From: Terriglobia bacterium
Lineage (GTDB): Bacteria > Acidobacteriota > Terriglobia > Bryobacterales > JACQDG01
Length of the DNA stretch: 51,027 nt
Assembly: GCA_041477005.1 (NCBI GenBank)
Contig: JBGOUJ010000001.1
Coordinates: 1 to 51,027 of the forward strand
Direction: 5' to 3'
This document shows positions 26,334-36,181 of the stretch, piece by piece. Both the position numbers and the translations under genes were made by a program. Under the pieces are notes generated by a model. It had not been told where the DNA came from. It saw nothing but the letters and a program-made list of their open reading frames with translations, and made no database searches. Position 1 is the first letter of the stretch. The number at the start of each line of letters is the position of its first letter.

Positions 26334-26657
26334 CTACCCTTTCGTTTTCGGCGGGACGTAATCGGGCGGCAGCGCGGCGCCTTCCCCGAAAAAGTAATCG
26401 TCCATCTGCTTGATCACGATCTCCTGCGCCTCCGGCGTCGCCAGGTTCAGCCGGTACTCATTCATGATCATCTTCAGATGCTCTTTCCACAGGCCCCAGG
26501 CGTCGCGGGAAACGCTGTCGTAAATGCGCTGGCCGAGCTCGTTGTCAAAGGGAACCTCGTCGAGGCCGGGCAGCTCCTTCTGAAATTTCACGCAGAAGAC
26601 CGTTCGCTTCGCCGGTTTGTCCGGCCTCGTTGGTGTCGGAGGCGCTCCACAGCTCAT
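26334..26657 (-). CDS. yggX: Fe(2+)-trafficking / oxidative-damage protection protein YggX
   Basis: [76 protein letters not shown] aligns by eye with E. coli YggX ([36 protein letters not shown]...). It lies 11 nt upstream of the PBP gene. Confidence 0.85.
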   Translation of the reverse strand: MSCGAPPTPTRPDKPAKRTVFCVKFQKELPGLDEVPFDNELGQRIYDSVSRDAWGLWKEHLKMIMNEYRLNLATPEAQEIVIKQMDDYFFGEGAALPPDYVPPKTKG

Positions 26658-26719
26658 GGCTTCTCCTTCTGAAACTTGCGAGAATGATATTATCTCACGC
26701 TTAATACCGATCGGAAGAG

Positions 26720-28825
26720 ATGCCTACCAACCAACTGATCCACGAAACCAGCCCTTATCTGCTGCAGCACGCCCAGAACCCCGTGAACTGGTATCCCTGG
26801 GGACCCGAAGCCCTCGCTCGCGCCCGCCAGGAAAACAAGCTCATCTTTTTGAGCATTGGTTATGCCGCCTGCCATTGGTGCCACGTCATGGAGCACGAGA
26901 GCTTCGAGAACGAAGAGGTGGCCGGGATTCTCAACGGCAACTTCATCTCCATCAAGGTGGACCGCGAGGAGCGCCCGGACCTCGACGAGATCTACATGAC
27001 CGCCACCATGCTCTACTCCGGCGGCCACGGCGGCTGGCCCATGAGCGTGTGGCTCACGCCCGATCTGAAGCCCGTCTTCGCCGGCACTTATTTCCCGCCG
27101 GAGAACTCCTACGGCCGCCCCGGCTTCAAGGCCCTCCTGCAGGCGATCTCCCAAGGCTGGAGCGAACGGCCGCAGGAGCTCGCCGAGCAGGCCGAAAAGA
27201 TCGTCGGCGCCATCGCATCGATGCAAGCCGTCGAGAAAGCCGACCTGCTTACAACCGAGCGCATCGCGCACCTGTCGCGCCAACTGGCCGAAGCCTACGA
27301 CCCCGAATATGGCGGCCTCGCCAGCGGCGGCACGAACAAATTCCCCCCCAGCATGTCCATGGACCTGCTGCTGCGCGAGTACCGCAAATCCGGCGACCGC
27401 CTCCTGCTAGGCGCCGTCGAGACGACCCTCGAGCGCATGGCCAACGGCGGCATCTACGATCACTTGGGCGGCGGCATCCACCGCTACTCCACCGATCGCC
27501 GCTGGCTGGTCCCCCACTTCGAGAAGATGCTCTACGACCAGGCCCTGGTCAGCTCGATTTATCTCGACGGCTACCAGGCGACGGGCCGCGCCCTGTTCGC
27601 CGACCGCGCCCGCGGCATCCTCGACTACGTCCTCCGCGACCTCGCCAGCCCGGAAGGCGCTTTCTATTCGAGCGAGGATGCCGATAGCGAGGGCCTGGAA
27701 GGCAAGTTCTACATCTGGACGCTCGATCAGGTGAAGGAGATCCTCGGCGAGGAAGACGCCGCTCTATTCGCCTCCCACTACGACGTGACCGAGTGGGGCA
27801 ACTGGGAGCATCCCGGCGACGCCCACGTTCCCGCCGGCCCGAAGAACATCCTCCAGGTGTCGCGTCCCATCGAGACCATCGCCAAGCTGAACGATCTCGA
27901 CGGCGCCGAGCTGGAGGTCCGCTTCGCCGCTCTTGGCCGCAAAATGCTCGAAGCCCGCTCCCGGCGCGTCCGCCCCGGCCTCGACGACAAGATCCTCACC
28001 GGCTGGAATGGCCTGATCATCGCGGCCCTGGCCAAGGCGGCCGCCGTTCTGGACGACGCCCGCTACGGAGCCGCCGCCGCTCGCGCCGCCGGCTTCCTGC
28101 TCGACGCCTTGAGGCAGGACGACCGCCTCCTCGCCACCTACGGCAAAGGTCAAGCGCGCCTGAAGGCCTACATCACCGACTACGCCTTTCTCATCGAGGG
28201 CCTTCTGGGCCTCTACGAATGGTCCGCCGACTGGAAGTGGCTCGACCACGCCGCCCGGCTCACCGGCACGGCAATCGAATACTACTGGGACCGGGAGGAT
28301 GGGGGCTTCTTCTTCACCGCCTCCGACCACGAGCAGTTGATCCACCGCAGCAAGGCCTCGACCGACAACGCCATCCCCTCCGGCAACTCGGTCATGCTGT
28401 CCAATCTCCAGCGCCTGGCCATCCTGCTGGGCCGCAACGACTTGCGCGACAGGGCAGCGGGCATTATCGGCCTCTTTGCCGGCGCCGCCGAGAAGCATCC
28501 CTTCGCCTACGACCGGATGCTGGCCGGCATTGAGGCGTGGCACGAAGGCTTCGCCGAAATCGCCGTTCTAGGTCCGAAAGCAGACCCCCAAACCCGCGAG
28601 ATCGTCCGCACTGTCTACCGCGGTTACCTGCCCAACAAAATCGTAGTCCAGGCCGAGGGGCCCGACCCCCGCCTGCCCCTTCTGGCCGGCAAAGACCTGC
28701 TCGGCGGCCGCCCGACTGCCTACGTCTGCCGGAATTACGCCTGCCGCCAGCCGGTGACATCCTCCGAAGAGCTGGCCGGGCAGCTCGGCTTCACTGGCAA
28801 GACCATATATTCCTCATCCACGTAG
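26720..28825 (+). CDS. thioredoxin-domain protein of the DUF255 / YyaL (SPATA20-like) family
   Basis: 701-aa [57 protein letters not shown] is the hallmark N-terminus. An (alpha/alpha)6-like C-terminal body follows. Confidence 0.9.
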   Translation: MPTNQLIHETSPYLLQHAQNPVNWYPWGPEALARARQENKLIFLSIGYAACHWCHVMEHESFENEEVAGILNGNFISIKVDREERPDLDEIYMTATMLYSGGHGGWPMSVWLTPDLKPVFAGTYFPPENSYGRPGFKALLQAISQGWSERPQELAEQAEKIVGAIASMQAVEKADLLTTERIAHLSRQLAEAYDPEYGGLASGGTNKFPPSMSMDLLLREYRKSGDRLLLGAVETTLERMANGGIYDHLGGGIHRYSTDRRWLVPHFEKMLYDQALVSSIYLDGYQATGRALFADRARGILDYVLRDLASPEGAFYSSEDADSEGLEGKFYIWTLDQVKEILGEEDAALFASHYDVTEWGNWEHPGDAHVPAGPKNILQVSRPIETIAKLNDLDGAELEVRFAALGRKMLEARSRRVRPGLDDKILTGWNGLIIAALAKAAAVLDDARYGAAAARAAGFLLDALRQDDRLLATYGKGQARLKAYITDYAFLIEGLLGLYEWSADWKWLDHAARLTGTAIEYYWDREDGGFFFTASDHEQLIHRSKASTDNAIPSGNSVMLSNLQRLAILLGRNDLRDRAAGIIGLFAGAAEKHPFAYDRMLAGIEAWHEGFAEIAVLGPKADPQTREIVRTVYRGYLPNKIVVQAEGPDPRLPLLAGKDLLGGRPTAYVCRNYACRQPVTSSEELAGQLGFTGKTIYSSST

Positions 28826-28856
28826 GGTGGTAGCTCGGTGCTCCCCCGCCCACGCA

Positions 28857-29144
28857 ATGAAAGCCTGCGTACGTCCTGATAGGTCTCGACTTGTCTTGGA
28901 CACTTCCCTGACGCCGAAGCGAGCCGCATTCTTGTGGGGAGCGTTTGGGTCGTTTCTTCCTGAAGTACTTCGGCTTCACAAACTGATCAGCGATGGCAAG
29001 CCGACTAACGGCGAGGGTTGGGTAGTCTACAGTTTCATGTGGCTTTTGTTCGTGATCTGCGCTGGAATGTTTACCGTGGCCTGGAAACCAGAATCAGAGT
29101 TTAAAGCGATCTGGGTAGGGGCATCTTGGCCACTGTTATGTTAG
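28857..29144 (+). CDS. hypothetical small membrane protein inside a lower-G+C islet
   Basis: ATG 28857 gives MKACVRPDRSRLVLDTSLTPKRAAFLWGAFGSFLPEVLRLHKLISDGKPTNGEGWVVYSFMWLLFVICAGMFTVAWKPESEFKAIWVGASWPLLC. It has 2-3 hydrophobic segments. I recognise no family, and the composition differs from its neighbours. Confidence 0.4.
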   Translation: MKACVRPDRSRLVLDTSLTPKRAAFLWGAFGSFLPEVLRLHKLISDGKPTNGEGWVVYSFMWLLFVICAGMFTVAWKPESEFKAIWVGASWPLLC

Positions 29145-29720
29145 TGGCCACCCTTGTGCAAGCTACGCCAGGAATTCCAAAGTAGCCCACTACCCGAATC
29201 CCCATGGCTTTTGGCTCTACGCCAATTTAGTACAATGGAGAACGAAGCCATCCGAGCGGGGGCAACCCCTGGACCCTCGGGAAGCGGCTTTAGCTGCGGC
29301 TGACGGCTGAAAGCTATCACGGAGACTGAATGCCCGACGAAGAGAAAACCAAGAAGGCCACCTATCTGGGAAGCGGGGCTTTTTCTTTTTCCAAGCCCAA
29401 GAGGAAAGCTGCCAAGCTGCGAAGGTCGCGGCTGAAGAAGCCGCAACGGGGAGCGCGGAAGTAGGCTCGGCGGCCTACCGGCCAATCCGGCGGACTATCG
29501 CCGCCAGCAAGCCCCATTGCAGGCTCAGGGCCAGGAAGAACCCAATCAACAGCGCGCCGCCTACTACCAGAATCTCCATACTAGTCTCTTTATCGGCCAA
29601 AACATCGGCAATCAGTAGACCAACGCGTAGCCCCTTGCACTACAACCATTTGCATATGTCTTTCGGCCGCAACGATGTACTATCTACCGCTTTTCGATGT
29701 ACTTTTAACACCGTCCTGGT

Positions 29721-30011
29721 ATGAAAGAGCGGAATCAGAGCGCGCGGCTGTACCGGGTGCGGGGGCTGGTGCAGGGGGTCGGGTTTCGATACTTCGTCCA
29801 GCGGGCGGCGCTCGAGTTGGGCTTGACCGGCTACGTCAAGAACCTCGATGATGGCCGGGTGGAAGTCTACGCCGTGGGGACCGAAGACCAGCTCTCCGAG
29901 CTTCAGAGCCGGCTCTGGAAAGGCCCCGCGTATTCGGACGTGCGGGGAGTGGACGAACAACAAGCGCCGGTGCGAAACTTGGCCTCGTTCCGGATCGAAC
30001 CCGGCTGGTGA
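29721..30011 (+). CDS. acyP: acylphosphatase
   Basis: 96-aa ORF. VRGLVQGVGFRYFVQRAALELGLTGYVKNLDDGRVEVYAVG is the acylphosphatase signature (VxGxVQGVxFR...GWVxN). Confidence 0.9.
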   Translation: MKERNQSARLYRVRGLVQGVGFRYFVQRAALELGLTGYVKNLDDGRVEVYAVGTEDQLSELQSRLWKGPAYSDVRGVDEQQAPVRNLASFRIEPGW

Positions 30012-30017
30012 TGCCCT

Positions 30018-30545
30018 ATGACACAGCTCGATCTCAAGAAACTCATCCGCGAAGTGCCCGATTTCCCCAAACCCGGAATCCTGTTCTACGACATCACCAC
30101 GCTCCTTAAAGATCCCCAGGGCCTGCACGTGCTGATCGACGAGCTGGCCGCCCACTATGAAAACAAGCGCCCCGACGTGGTCGTCGGCATCGAGGCCCGC
30201 GGCTTCGTCTTCGGCCCCGCCGTGGCCTTCCGCCTGGGCGCCGGCTTCGTCCCGGTGCGCAAGCCCAGGAAGCTCCCGGCCGCAACCGTGAGTGTCACCT
30301 ACCAGCTCGAATACGGCACGGACGCCCTCGAAATCCACAAGGACTCCATCCAACCCGGTCAGACGGTGCTGATCTCCGACGACCTGCTCGCCACCGGCGG
30401 CACCGCCCAAGCCACCGTCAAGCTGGTCGAGATGCTCGGCGGCAAAGTGGCCGGCCTCGCCTTTGTCATCGAGCTGGAGTTCCTGAACGGCCGGGAGCGG
30501 CTCAATGGCTACGACGTCTTCTCGCTGCTAAAATACGCCCACTGA
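30018..30545 (+). CDS. apt: adenine phosphoribosyltransferase
   Basis: 175-aa ORF with [27 protein letters not shown] and the PRPP loop [14 protein letters not shown]. Confidence 0.95.
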   Translation: MTQLDLKKLIREVPDFPKPGILFYDITTLLKDPQGLHVLIDELAAHYENKRPDVVVGIEARGFVFGPAVAFRLGAGFVPVRKPRKLPAATVSVTYQLEYGTDALEIHKDSIQPGQTVLISDDLLATGGTAQATVKLVEMLGGKVAGLAFVIELEFLNGRERLNGYDVFSLLKYAH

Positions 30546-31567
30546 TGCCCACCGTCCGCGTGCAGGCTCTGGCCAAGGTGAATCTCGGCCTGCGCATCCT
30601 CTACCGCCGCCCCGATCATTTCCACGAGCTGCGAACGGTCTTCCAGACCATCTCGCTGGCCGACCGGATCGAGCTCGATTACCGGCGCCAAGCCGGCGGC
30701 CCTGGGGGTCGTTCGGTGGAGCTCTCGTGCAACCGCCCCGATCTAGCCGGCCCCGACAACCTGGCTGCCCGAGCCGCCCTCCGCCTCCTCGAAGCCACTG
30801 GCTCTAAGGGCCGAGTCCGCATCCAACTCGACAAGATCATCCCCGCCGGCGCCGGCCTCGGCGGTGGCTCGAGCGACGCCGGCGCGGTGTTGCTGGCTCT
30901 AGCGTCCCGGCTGCGCCCGGCGCCTCCCTTCGATCTCCTTCTGCGTCTGGCTGCCGAGCTCGGCAGCGACGTCCCGTTCTTCCTCCTAGGCGGCCGCGCC
31001 CTAGGGGTCGGCCGCGGAACGGAGATTTACCCGCTGCCCGATACCCCGGCCCGCTGGCTGCTCGTGGCCGCCCCGCCCATCCACGTCTCCACCGCCGAAG
31101 CCTACCGCCAACTCAGCCCCACCGTGCCGGTCTTGCCGGAGCCGCCACCTTCGGGTTCGACCGGTGTTCCGCGGCGGGGGCGCCATGCGGGCCTTGCCGC
31201 GCCATCTCCGGTTTCATCTCCGGTTTCCAATTTGACAACCACCTCCTGGGAAGATAAGATAGATCGTTTCTGCTCAAGTGTTTGTGTGCCTGAGTGGGGG
31301 CCCGGGCTGGAGAACGACTTCGAGCCCGTCGTTTTCCGGATGCACCCGGAACTGGAAAAACTGAAAGCGCTCCTGAAACGCGGGGGTGCGTTTCCCGCCC
31401 TGTTGTGTGGTAGTGGTTCTGCTGTCTTCGGCCTGTTTGCCGATCGCCGGCAGGCACTTCGCGCTCGCGATTCTCTCGATTTGGAAGACGGTCGCTGCTT
31501 TGTGATACAGACGGTGAGTCGGACCGGCTATCGCGCCCGCTGGCGGAAGTGGTTGAGCGAGGTTTAG
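30545..31567 (+). CDS. ispE: 4-diphosphocytidyl-2-C-methyl-D-erythritol kinase, carrying a Pro/Ser-rich insertion
   Basis: 340-aa ORF with [35 protein letters not shown] and the GHMP kinase motif [23 protein letters not shown]. It is longer than a typical IspE because of an insert around 31111-31300. Confidence 0.9.
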   Translation: MPTVRVQALAKVNLGLRILYRRPDHFHELRTVFQTISLADRIELDYRRQAGGPGGRSVELSCNRPDLAGPDNLAARAALRLLEATGSKGRVRIQLDKIIPAGAGLGGGSSDAGAVLLALASRLRPAPPFDLLLRLAAELGSDVPFFLLGGRALGVGRGTEIYPLPDTPARWLLVAAPPIHVSTAEAYRQLSPTVPVLPEPPPSGSTGVPRRGRHAGLAAPSPVSSPVSNLTTTSWEDKIDRFCSSVCVPEWGPGLENDFEPVVFRMHPELEKLKALLKRGGAFPALLCGSGSAVFGLFADRRQALRARDSLDLEDGRCFVIQTVSRTGYRARWRKWLSEV

Positions 31568-31581
31568 CGGGCGGGGCGCAT

Positions 31582-32553
31582 ATGCCGGCCACCCCTGTTG
31601 TTCGCGTCATGCAACAAGACCGGTTGAAGGTATTCTCGGGAAGGGCCAACCCCGAGCTGGCGCAGGAGATTTGCAAGCATCTGGGCGTGCCCCAGGCCAA
31701 GGCTTCCGTCGAGAGGTTCTCCGACGGGGAGATCTACCTCCAGATTCTGGAGAACGTGCGCGGGGCGGACGTGTTCGTCGTCCAGCCGACCTGCACCCCG
31801 GTCGACCAGAACCTGCTCGAGCTGCTGTTGATGATGGATGCCCTCAGTCGCGCTTCCGCCAAGCGGATCACCGCCGTGCTGCCCTACTACGGCTACGCCC
31901 GGCAGGACCGCAAAGACAAGCCGCGCGTCCCCATCTCGGCCAAGCTTGTGGCCAGCCTGCTAGTGACCGCCGGCGCCGACCGCATCCTGACGCTCGATCT
32001 GCACGCGGCCCAGATCCAAGGGTTTTTCGACATACCTGTCGATCACCTCTACGCCACGCCGGTCATGATCGAACACTTTCGCGAGCTCGATCTGCCCAAA
32101 CTGACCGTGGTCTCGCCCGACGCCGGCGGCGTGGAGCGCGCCCGGGCATTCGCCAAGCGCCTGAAGGCGCCATTGGCGATCATCGATAAGCGCCGCGAGG
32201 ACGCGAACGTGGCCGAGGTGATGCACATCATCGGGCGGGTGCGCGAGCGCACTTGCCTGATCGTGGACGACATCGTGGATACGGCGGGCACACTGGTCAA
32301 GGCCGGCGAGGCGCTTCTCGAGCACGGCGCCCTGGGCGTCTACTCCTGCTGCACCCACGCCGTGCTGTCCGGCCCGGCCATGGAGCGTATCACCAAGTCG
32401 GCCCTGAAGGAGATCGTGGTGAGCGACTCGATTCCGCTCGCGCCGGAAGCCCGCCAGTGCGGCCGCATCCGGCAGTTGAGCGTCGCGCGCTTGCTGGCCG
32501 GCGCCATCCAGTCGATCTACGAAGAGACGTCGATCAGCCGGATGTTCGTATGA
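31582..32553 (+). CDS. prs: ribose-phosphate pyrophosphokinase
   Basis: [21 protein letters not shown]..., [10 protein letters not shown], and the PRPP-binding loop [16 protein letters not shown] 31582 is the first start after the ispE stop. ATG 31609 is also possible. Confidence 0.95.
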   Translation: MPATPVVRVMQQDRLKVFSGRANPELAQEICKHLGVPQAKASVERFSDGEIYLQILENVRGADVFVVQPTCTPVDQNLLELLLMMDALSRASAKRITAVLPYYGYARQDRKDKPRVPISAKLVASLLVTAGADRILTLDLHAAQIQGFFDIPVDHLYATPVMIEHFRELDLPKLTVVSPDAGGVERARAFAKRLKAPLAIIDKRREDANVAEVMHIIGRVRERTCLIVDDIVDTAGTLVKAGEALLEHGALGVYSCCTHAVLSGPAMERITKSALKEIVVSDSIPLAPEARQCGRIRQLSVARLLAGAIQSIYEETSISRMFV

Positions 32554-32561
32554 AAAGCGAA

Positions 32562-32630
32562 TGGAACCACAGATGAACACAGATCGGTCCATCTGTGTTT
32601 ATCTGTGTTCATCTGTGGTTCCAGTTTTTT
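32562..32630 (+). terminator. intrinsic terminator built from tandem ACAGAT-type repeats downstream of prs
   Basis: tggaaccacagatgaacacagat (32562-32584) pairs with atctgtgttcatctgtggttcca (32601-32623). An extra atctgtgttt unit allows a second register. The stem is followed by TTTTTT (32625-32630). Confidence 0.7.
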
Positions 32631-32642
32631 GGGAGGTTTGTT

Positions 32643-33371
32643 TTGATTAAAGATATTACCGTCGAGGCCTCGCTGCGGGAGGCGCGGGGCAAGAATGAAG
32701 CCCGCCGCCTGCGCGCCAGGGGCCAGATCCCGGCCGTGCTGTACGGCGGCGGCGGGGAGTCGGTGCCGGTCAGTCTGAACACCAAGCAGATCACCCAGAT
32801 CCTGCGCTCCGCCGCCGGGCACAACACCATCCTCCACGTCGCGATCGCCGGCGGCCCGGGCGAAGCGGCCATGCTGGTGGATTGGCAGCTTGACCCCATA
32901 CGCGAGACCATCCTGCATACCGACCTGCAGCGCATCGACCTGACCAAGCACCTGAAGGTCAAGGTCCCGATCGCCACCCACGGCGACCCCAAGGGCGTCA
33001 AGACCCAGGGCGGTCTGCTCGAAGTGGTGACCCGCGAGGTCGAGATCGACTGCCTTCCCACCGACATCCCCGACCACATCGTGATAGACGTGAGTGAGCT
33101 GGCCCTGGGCGAAGCCATCCGCGTCAAGGACCTCGTCGCGGCGGGCCAATACCGCGTGACCAGCGATCCGGAGAAGATTCTGGCCCACGTGATCATGCTC
33201 AAGCACGAGGAGGTCAAGCCGGCTGAGGCCGCCGTCGAGGGTGAAGCCGCCGCCGCTGCTCCCGCCGAGCCGGAAGTGATCAAGAAGGGCAAGCAGCTTG
33301 AGGAAGGCGAGGCCGCCGAAGCCCCCAAGGAAGGCAAGAAGGAAGGGAAGGAGCCCAAGGGGAAGAAGTAG
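32643..33371 (+). CDS. rplY: 50S ribosomal protein L25 / general stress protein Ctc
   Basis: TTG 32643 lies 6 nt after GGGAGG (32631-32636). (M)IKDITVEASLREARGKNEARRLRARGQIPAVLYGGG is the L25 N-terminus. A Lys/Glu/Ala-rich C-terminal tail follows. The track start 32595 lies inside the terminator hairpin. Confidence 0.9.
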   Translation: MIKDITVEASLREARGKNEARRLRARGQIPAVLYGGGGESVPVSLNTKQITQILRSAAGHNTILHVAIAGGPGEAAMLVDWQLDPIRETILHTDLQRIDLTKHLKVKVPIATHGDPKGVKTQGGLLEVVTREVEIDCLPTDIPDHIVIDVSELALGEAIRVKDLVAAGQYRVTSDPEKILAHVIMLKHEEVKPAEAAVEGEAAAAAPAEPEVIKKGKQLEEGEAAEAPKEGKKEGKEPKGKK

Positions 33372-33378
33372 ATGCGTC

Positions 33379-33460
33379 GAGGAGTCAGAGGTCAGAAGTC
33401 AGGAGTCAGAAGCCGGCGCGCCGCCGGAGGCATTCTGGCTCCTGATTTCTGACTTCTGGA
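33379..33460. repeat. hairpin built from tandem GTCAGAR heptamers between rplY and pth
   Basis: Left arm is gag gagtcag aggtcag aagtcag gagtcag aagcc (33379-33414). Right arm is ggctcctgatttctgacttctgg (33437-33459). The arms are imperfectly complementary in more than one register. Confidence 0.7.
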
Positions 33461-34057
33461 TTGTTCGTGTTCCTGATCGTGGGTCTCGGCAACCCCGGTC
33501 CCGAGTACGCGAACACGCCCCACAACCTGGGGTTCCTGACCGTGGATCGGCTCGCCGAGATCTGCGGCGTGACCGTGCGGCGGCCGGAATGCCAGTCGCT
33601 GGTCGCCTTGGGAGGCCTCGAGAACCGGGAAGTGCTGCTGGCCAAGCCGCAGTCGTACATGAATCTGAGCGGCGGGCCAGTGCAGGCCCTGCTGGCGAGA
33701 TTTGAGCTGACGCCGGCGGACCTGGTGCTGATCTACGACGAGCTGAACTTGCCCTGGAAGAGCCTGCGCATTCGCCTGCGCGGCTCGGCCGGCGGCCACC
33801 ACGGCGTCGAGTCGGTAATCGCCGCACTGGCGACGAACGAGTTTACGCGGGTGAGGCTGGGCATCGGCCCGGACCATCCGCTGGAAGATGCGACCGGGTT
33901 CTTGCTGAGCCCGTTTCGCCGGTCGCAACAGAAGGACTTGGAGGAATTCGTCGGCCTCGCGGCCGACGCCGTTCGCTCCATACTTGCCGAAGGCGCCGCT
34001 AAGGCCATGACGAGATATAATCGTCGCGCCGGAGGCCAAAACATCGAGGAGAAATGA
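33461..34057 (+). CDS. pth: peptidyl-tRNA hydrolase
   Basis: [25 protein letters not shown]..., with GGHHGVESV later. TTG start at 33461 (GTG 33467 is an alternative). The stop overlaps the rpsF start (ATGA). Confidence 0.95.
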   Translation: MFVFLIVGLGNPGPEYANTPHNLGFLTVDRLAEICGVTVRRPECQSLVALGGLENREVLLAKPQSYMNLSGGPVQALLARFELTPADLVLIYDELNLPWKSLRIRLRGSAGGHHGVESVIAALATNEFTRVRLGIGPDHPLEDATGFLLSPFRRSQQKDLEEFVGLAADAVRSILAEGAAKAMTRYNRRAGGQNIEEK

Positions 34058-34494
34058 GGATCTACGAGATTTTGTTCATAGTCCGGCCCGACGTTCCCGA
34101 AGAGGAGATGGACGGCATCATCGAGCCGCTGAAGGGCGTGGTCACCGCCTCCGGCGGCGCCGTCGACAAGGTCGACAAGTGGGGCAAGCGCAAGCTGGCC
34201 TACCGGGTGCGGAGGTATCGCGAGGGCTATTACATCCTGCTCCAGTTCTCGACCGAAAAGCCCGCCGATATGGTCAAAGAGCTGGAGCGCCGGCTGCGCG
34301 TCAGCGACACGGTGATCAAGTTCTTGACCGTCCGCATTGACGAAGATCTCAAGCGTCTCGAGAAGCTCAAGAAGAAGCGCGAGAAGCGGGCCGTTCGCAA
34401 GCCGCCGTCCGCCGCCGCCGAAACGCCGGTGCCGAGTCCTGCTCCCGCGCCCCCTCCAGCGCCGGCGCCGGCGGAAGCCGCACCGAAAGCGTAA
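34054..34494 (+). CDS. rpsF: 30S ribosomal protein S6 with Pro/Ala-rich C-terminal tail
   Basis: [30 protein letters not shown]...[12 protein letters not shown] is the classic S6 sequence. Confidence 0.95.
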   Translation: MRIYEILFIVRPDVPEEEMDGIIEPLKGVVTASGGAVDKVDKWGKRKLAYRVRRYREGYYILLQFSTEKPADMVKELERRLRVSDTVIKFLTVRIDEDLKRLEKLKKKREKRAVRKPPSAAAETPVPSPAPAPPPAPAPAEAAPKA

Positions 34495-34516
34495 GGCTCA
34501 GGAATAGGAGTCCATC

Positions 34517-34831
34517 ATGGCAGAAGAAAGAAAGCGATCTTTTGGCGGACCGCGGCCCGGCGGCGATAAGGGCGGAGGTCCCGGGGGTCCTTCCGGCCCC
34601 GGCGGCAAGAAGCAGTATTTCCGGCGCAAGAAGGTCTGTCGTTTCTGCACCGAGAAGATCGACAACATCAACTACAAGGACGTGAAATTGATCGGCAGCT
34701 TCGTCGCCGAGCGGGGCCGCATTATCCCCCGCCGCATTTCCGGCGTCTGCACGCCCCATCAACGGCAACTGGGCGAGGCCATAAAAAAGGCCCGCAACAT
34801 CGCGCTGCTCCCCTTCGCGGCGGAGATCTAG
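34517..34831 (+). CDS. rpsR: 30S ribosomal protein S18 with Gly-rich N-terminal extension
   Basis: [71 protein letters not shown] is 8 nt upstream of the ATG. Confidence 0.95.
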   Translation: MAEERKRSFGGPRPGGDKGGGPGGPSGPGGKKQYFRRKKVCRFCTEKIDNINYKDVKLIGSFVAERGRIIPRRISGVCTPHQRQLGEAIKKARNIALLPFAAEI

Positions 34832-34838
34832 GGAATCA

Positions 34839-34900
34839 GCCACAGAGACACAGAGGCACAGAGAAATCCGAACCGATTTTTTTCTCTGGACCTCTGTGGC
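34839..34900. repeat. hairpin built from tandem CACAGAG repeats between rpsR and rplI
   Basis: gccacagagacacagaggcacagagaaa (34839-34866) faces tttttttctctggacctctgtggc (34877-34900). The left arm is three 8-nt units of the form NCACAGAG. Confidence 0.7.
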
Positions 34901-34915
34901 CAGGAGAATGGAAGA

Positions 34916-35362
34916 ATGGAAGTCATCCTCAAAACCGAAGTTCCCCAACTTGGCGGCCGCGGCGATGTGGTCAAGGTCGCCGATGGCTACGCCCGCAATT
35001 ATCTGTTGCCCCGCAAGCTGGCCATCGCGGCCACGCAGGGCAACAAGAAAGTCATCGACGAGATGAAGGCGGCCGCCCTGCGCCGCGAGGCTACGCTGAA
35101 GAGCGACGCCGAGCAGCTTGCAGGGTTGATGAAGGACCTCACCGTCACGGTCGCCGAGAAGGCCGGCGAAAACGACCAGCTTTTCGGCTCGGTCACATCC
35201 AAGACCATCGCCGAAGAGCTCGCCAAGCAGGGCTACAACATCGACCGGCACAAGATCGAGATCGGCCAGCCCATCCGGATGCTGGGCGAGCACCAGGTGA
35301 CCTTGAACCTCCACCGGGGCGTCGCGACGCCCATCAGGGTGATCGTCACCAAGGCCGAGTAG
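34916..35362 (+). CDS. rplI: 50S ribosomal protein L9
   Basis: MEVILKTEVPQLGGRGDVVKVADGYARNYLLPRKLAIAAT is the L9 N-terminal domain. Confidence 0.95.
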   Translation: MEVILKTEVPQLGGRGDVVKVADGYARNYLLPRKLAIAATQGNKKVIDEMKAAALRREATLKSDAEQLAGLMKDLTVTVAEKAGENDQLFGSVTSKTIAEELAKQGYNIDRHKIEIGQPIRMLGEHQVTLNLHRGVATPIRVIVTKAE

Positions 35363-35367
35363 AGCCG

Positions 35368-36111
35368 GTGGCCCTCTCGCTTCAAGACCAAACGGCCATC
35401 GTGACCGGGGCGGCCGAGGGTATCGGCCAGGCCACGGCCGCCCGGCTTGCCCGCGCCGGCGCCACCGTCGCCCTCGCCGATCGCAACGAGTCGGGCGCCG
35501 TCGCCGCGGCCCACGAGATCGGCCGCGGCGCCTTCGGGCTTGCGGTCGACACCGCCGACCGCGCCTCGGCCGAGCGTCTCATCCACGCCGTGATCGAGCG
35601 CACCGGCCGCATCGACGTGCTCGTCAACAACGCCGGCATCGGCGGCCGCGCCGCCCCCCTCTGGGAGCAGACCGACGAAGATTGGGGCCGCGTCCTGGCC
35701 GTCAACCTCACCGGCGTGTTCTATTGCTGCCGCGCCGTCATCAGCCACATGCGCGAGCGACGTTACGGCCGCATCGTCAACGTCGCCTCCGTCGCCGGCA
35801 AAGAAGGCAATCCCAACATGACCGCCTATTCGGCTTCCAAGGCCGGCGTGATCGCCTTCACCAAATCCCTGGCCAAGGAAGTGGCCACCGACGGCATTTG
35901 CGTCAACGCCGTCTCCCCCGCCGTGATCCGCACCCGCATCCTCGACCAGTTGACCCCCGCCCAGGTCGATTACATGCTCGAGCGCATACCGATGCGCCGC
36001 ACCGGCACGGTCGAGGAGGTCGCCGCCGTCATTCATTTCCTGGCCAGCCCCGACGCCTCCTTCGTCACCGCCCAGTGCTATGACGTCAGCGGCGGCCGCG
36101 CCACTTATTAG
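35368..36111 (+). CDS. short-chain dehydrogenase/reductase (FabG-like)
   Basis: GTG start. TAIVTGAAEGIGQATA (TGxxxGxG), NNAG, and the catalytic YSASKAGV (YxxxK). Confidence 0.9.
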   Translation: MALSLQDQTAIVTGAAEGIGQATAARLARAGATVALADRNESGAVAAAHEIGRGAFGLAVDTADRASAERLIHAVIERTGRIDVLVNNAGIGGRAAPLWEQTDEDWGRVLAVNLTGVFYCCRAVISHMRERRYGRIVNVASVAGKEGNPNMTAYSASKAGVIAFTKSLAKEVATDGICVNAVSPAVIRTRILDQLTPAQVDYMLERIPMRRTGTVEEVAAVIHFLASPDASFVTAQCYDVSGGRATY

Positions 36112-36181
36112 CTAGACGCGCTTCGAGATCCAGGCCCGCTTGCGAGCTCGTGCTACGCTGGAATTAGCAGGGGTCAGCGCC

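Noticed and set aside
28826-28860. tRNA-like string (ggtggtagctcggtgctc) after the DUF255 gene, and a general look for tRNA/rRNA genes
   Set aside because: The string lacks the acceptor/T-arm complementarity and the GTTCRANYC box of a tRNA. I found no rRNA-like or tRNA-like segments by eye elsewhere, but without a covariance-model search this is not exhaustive.
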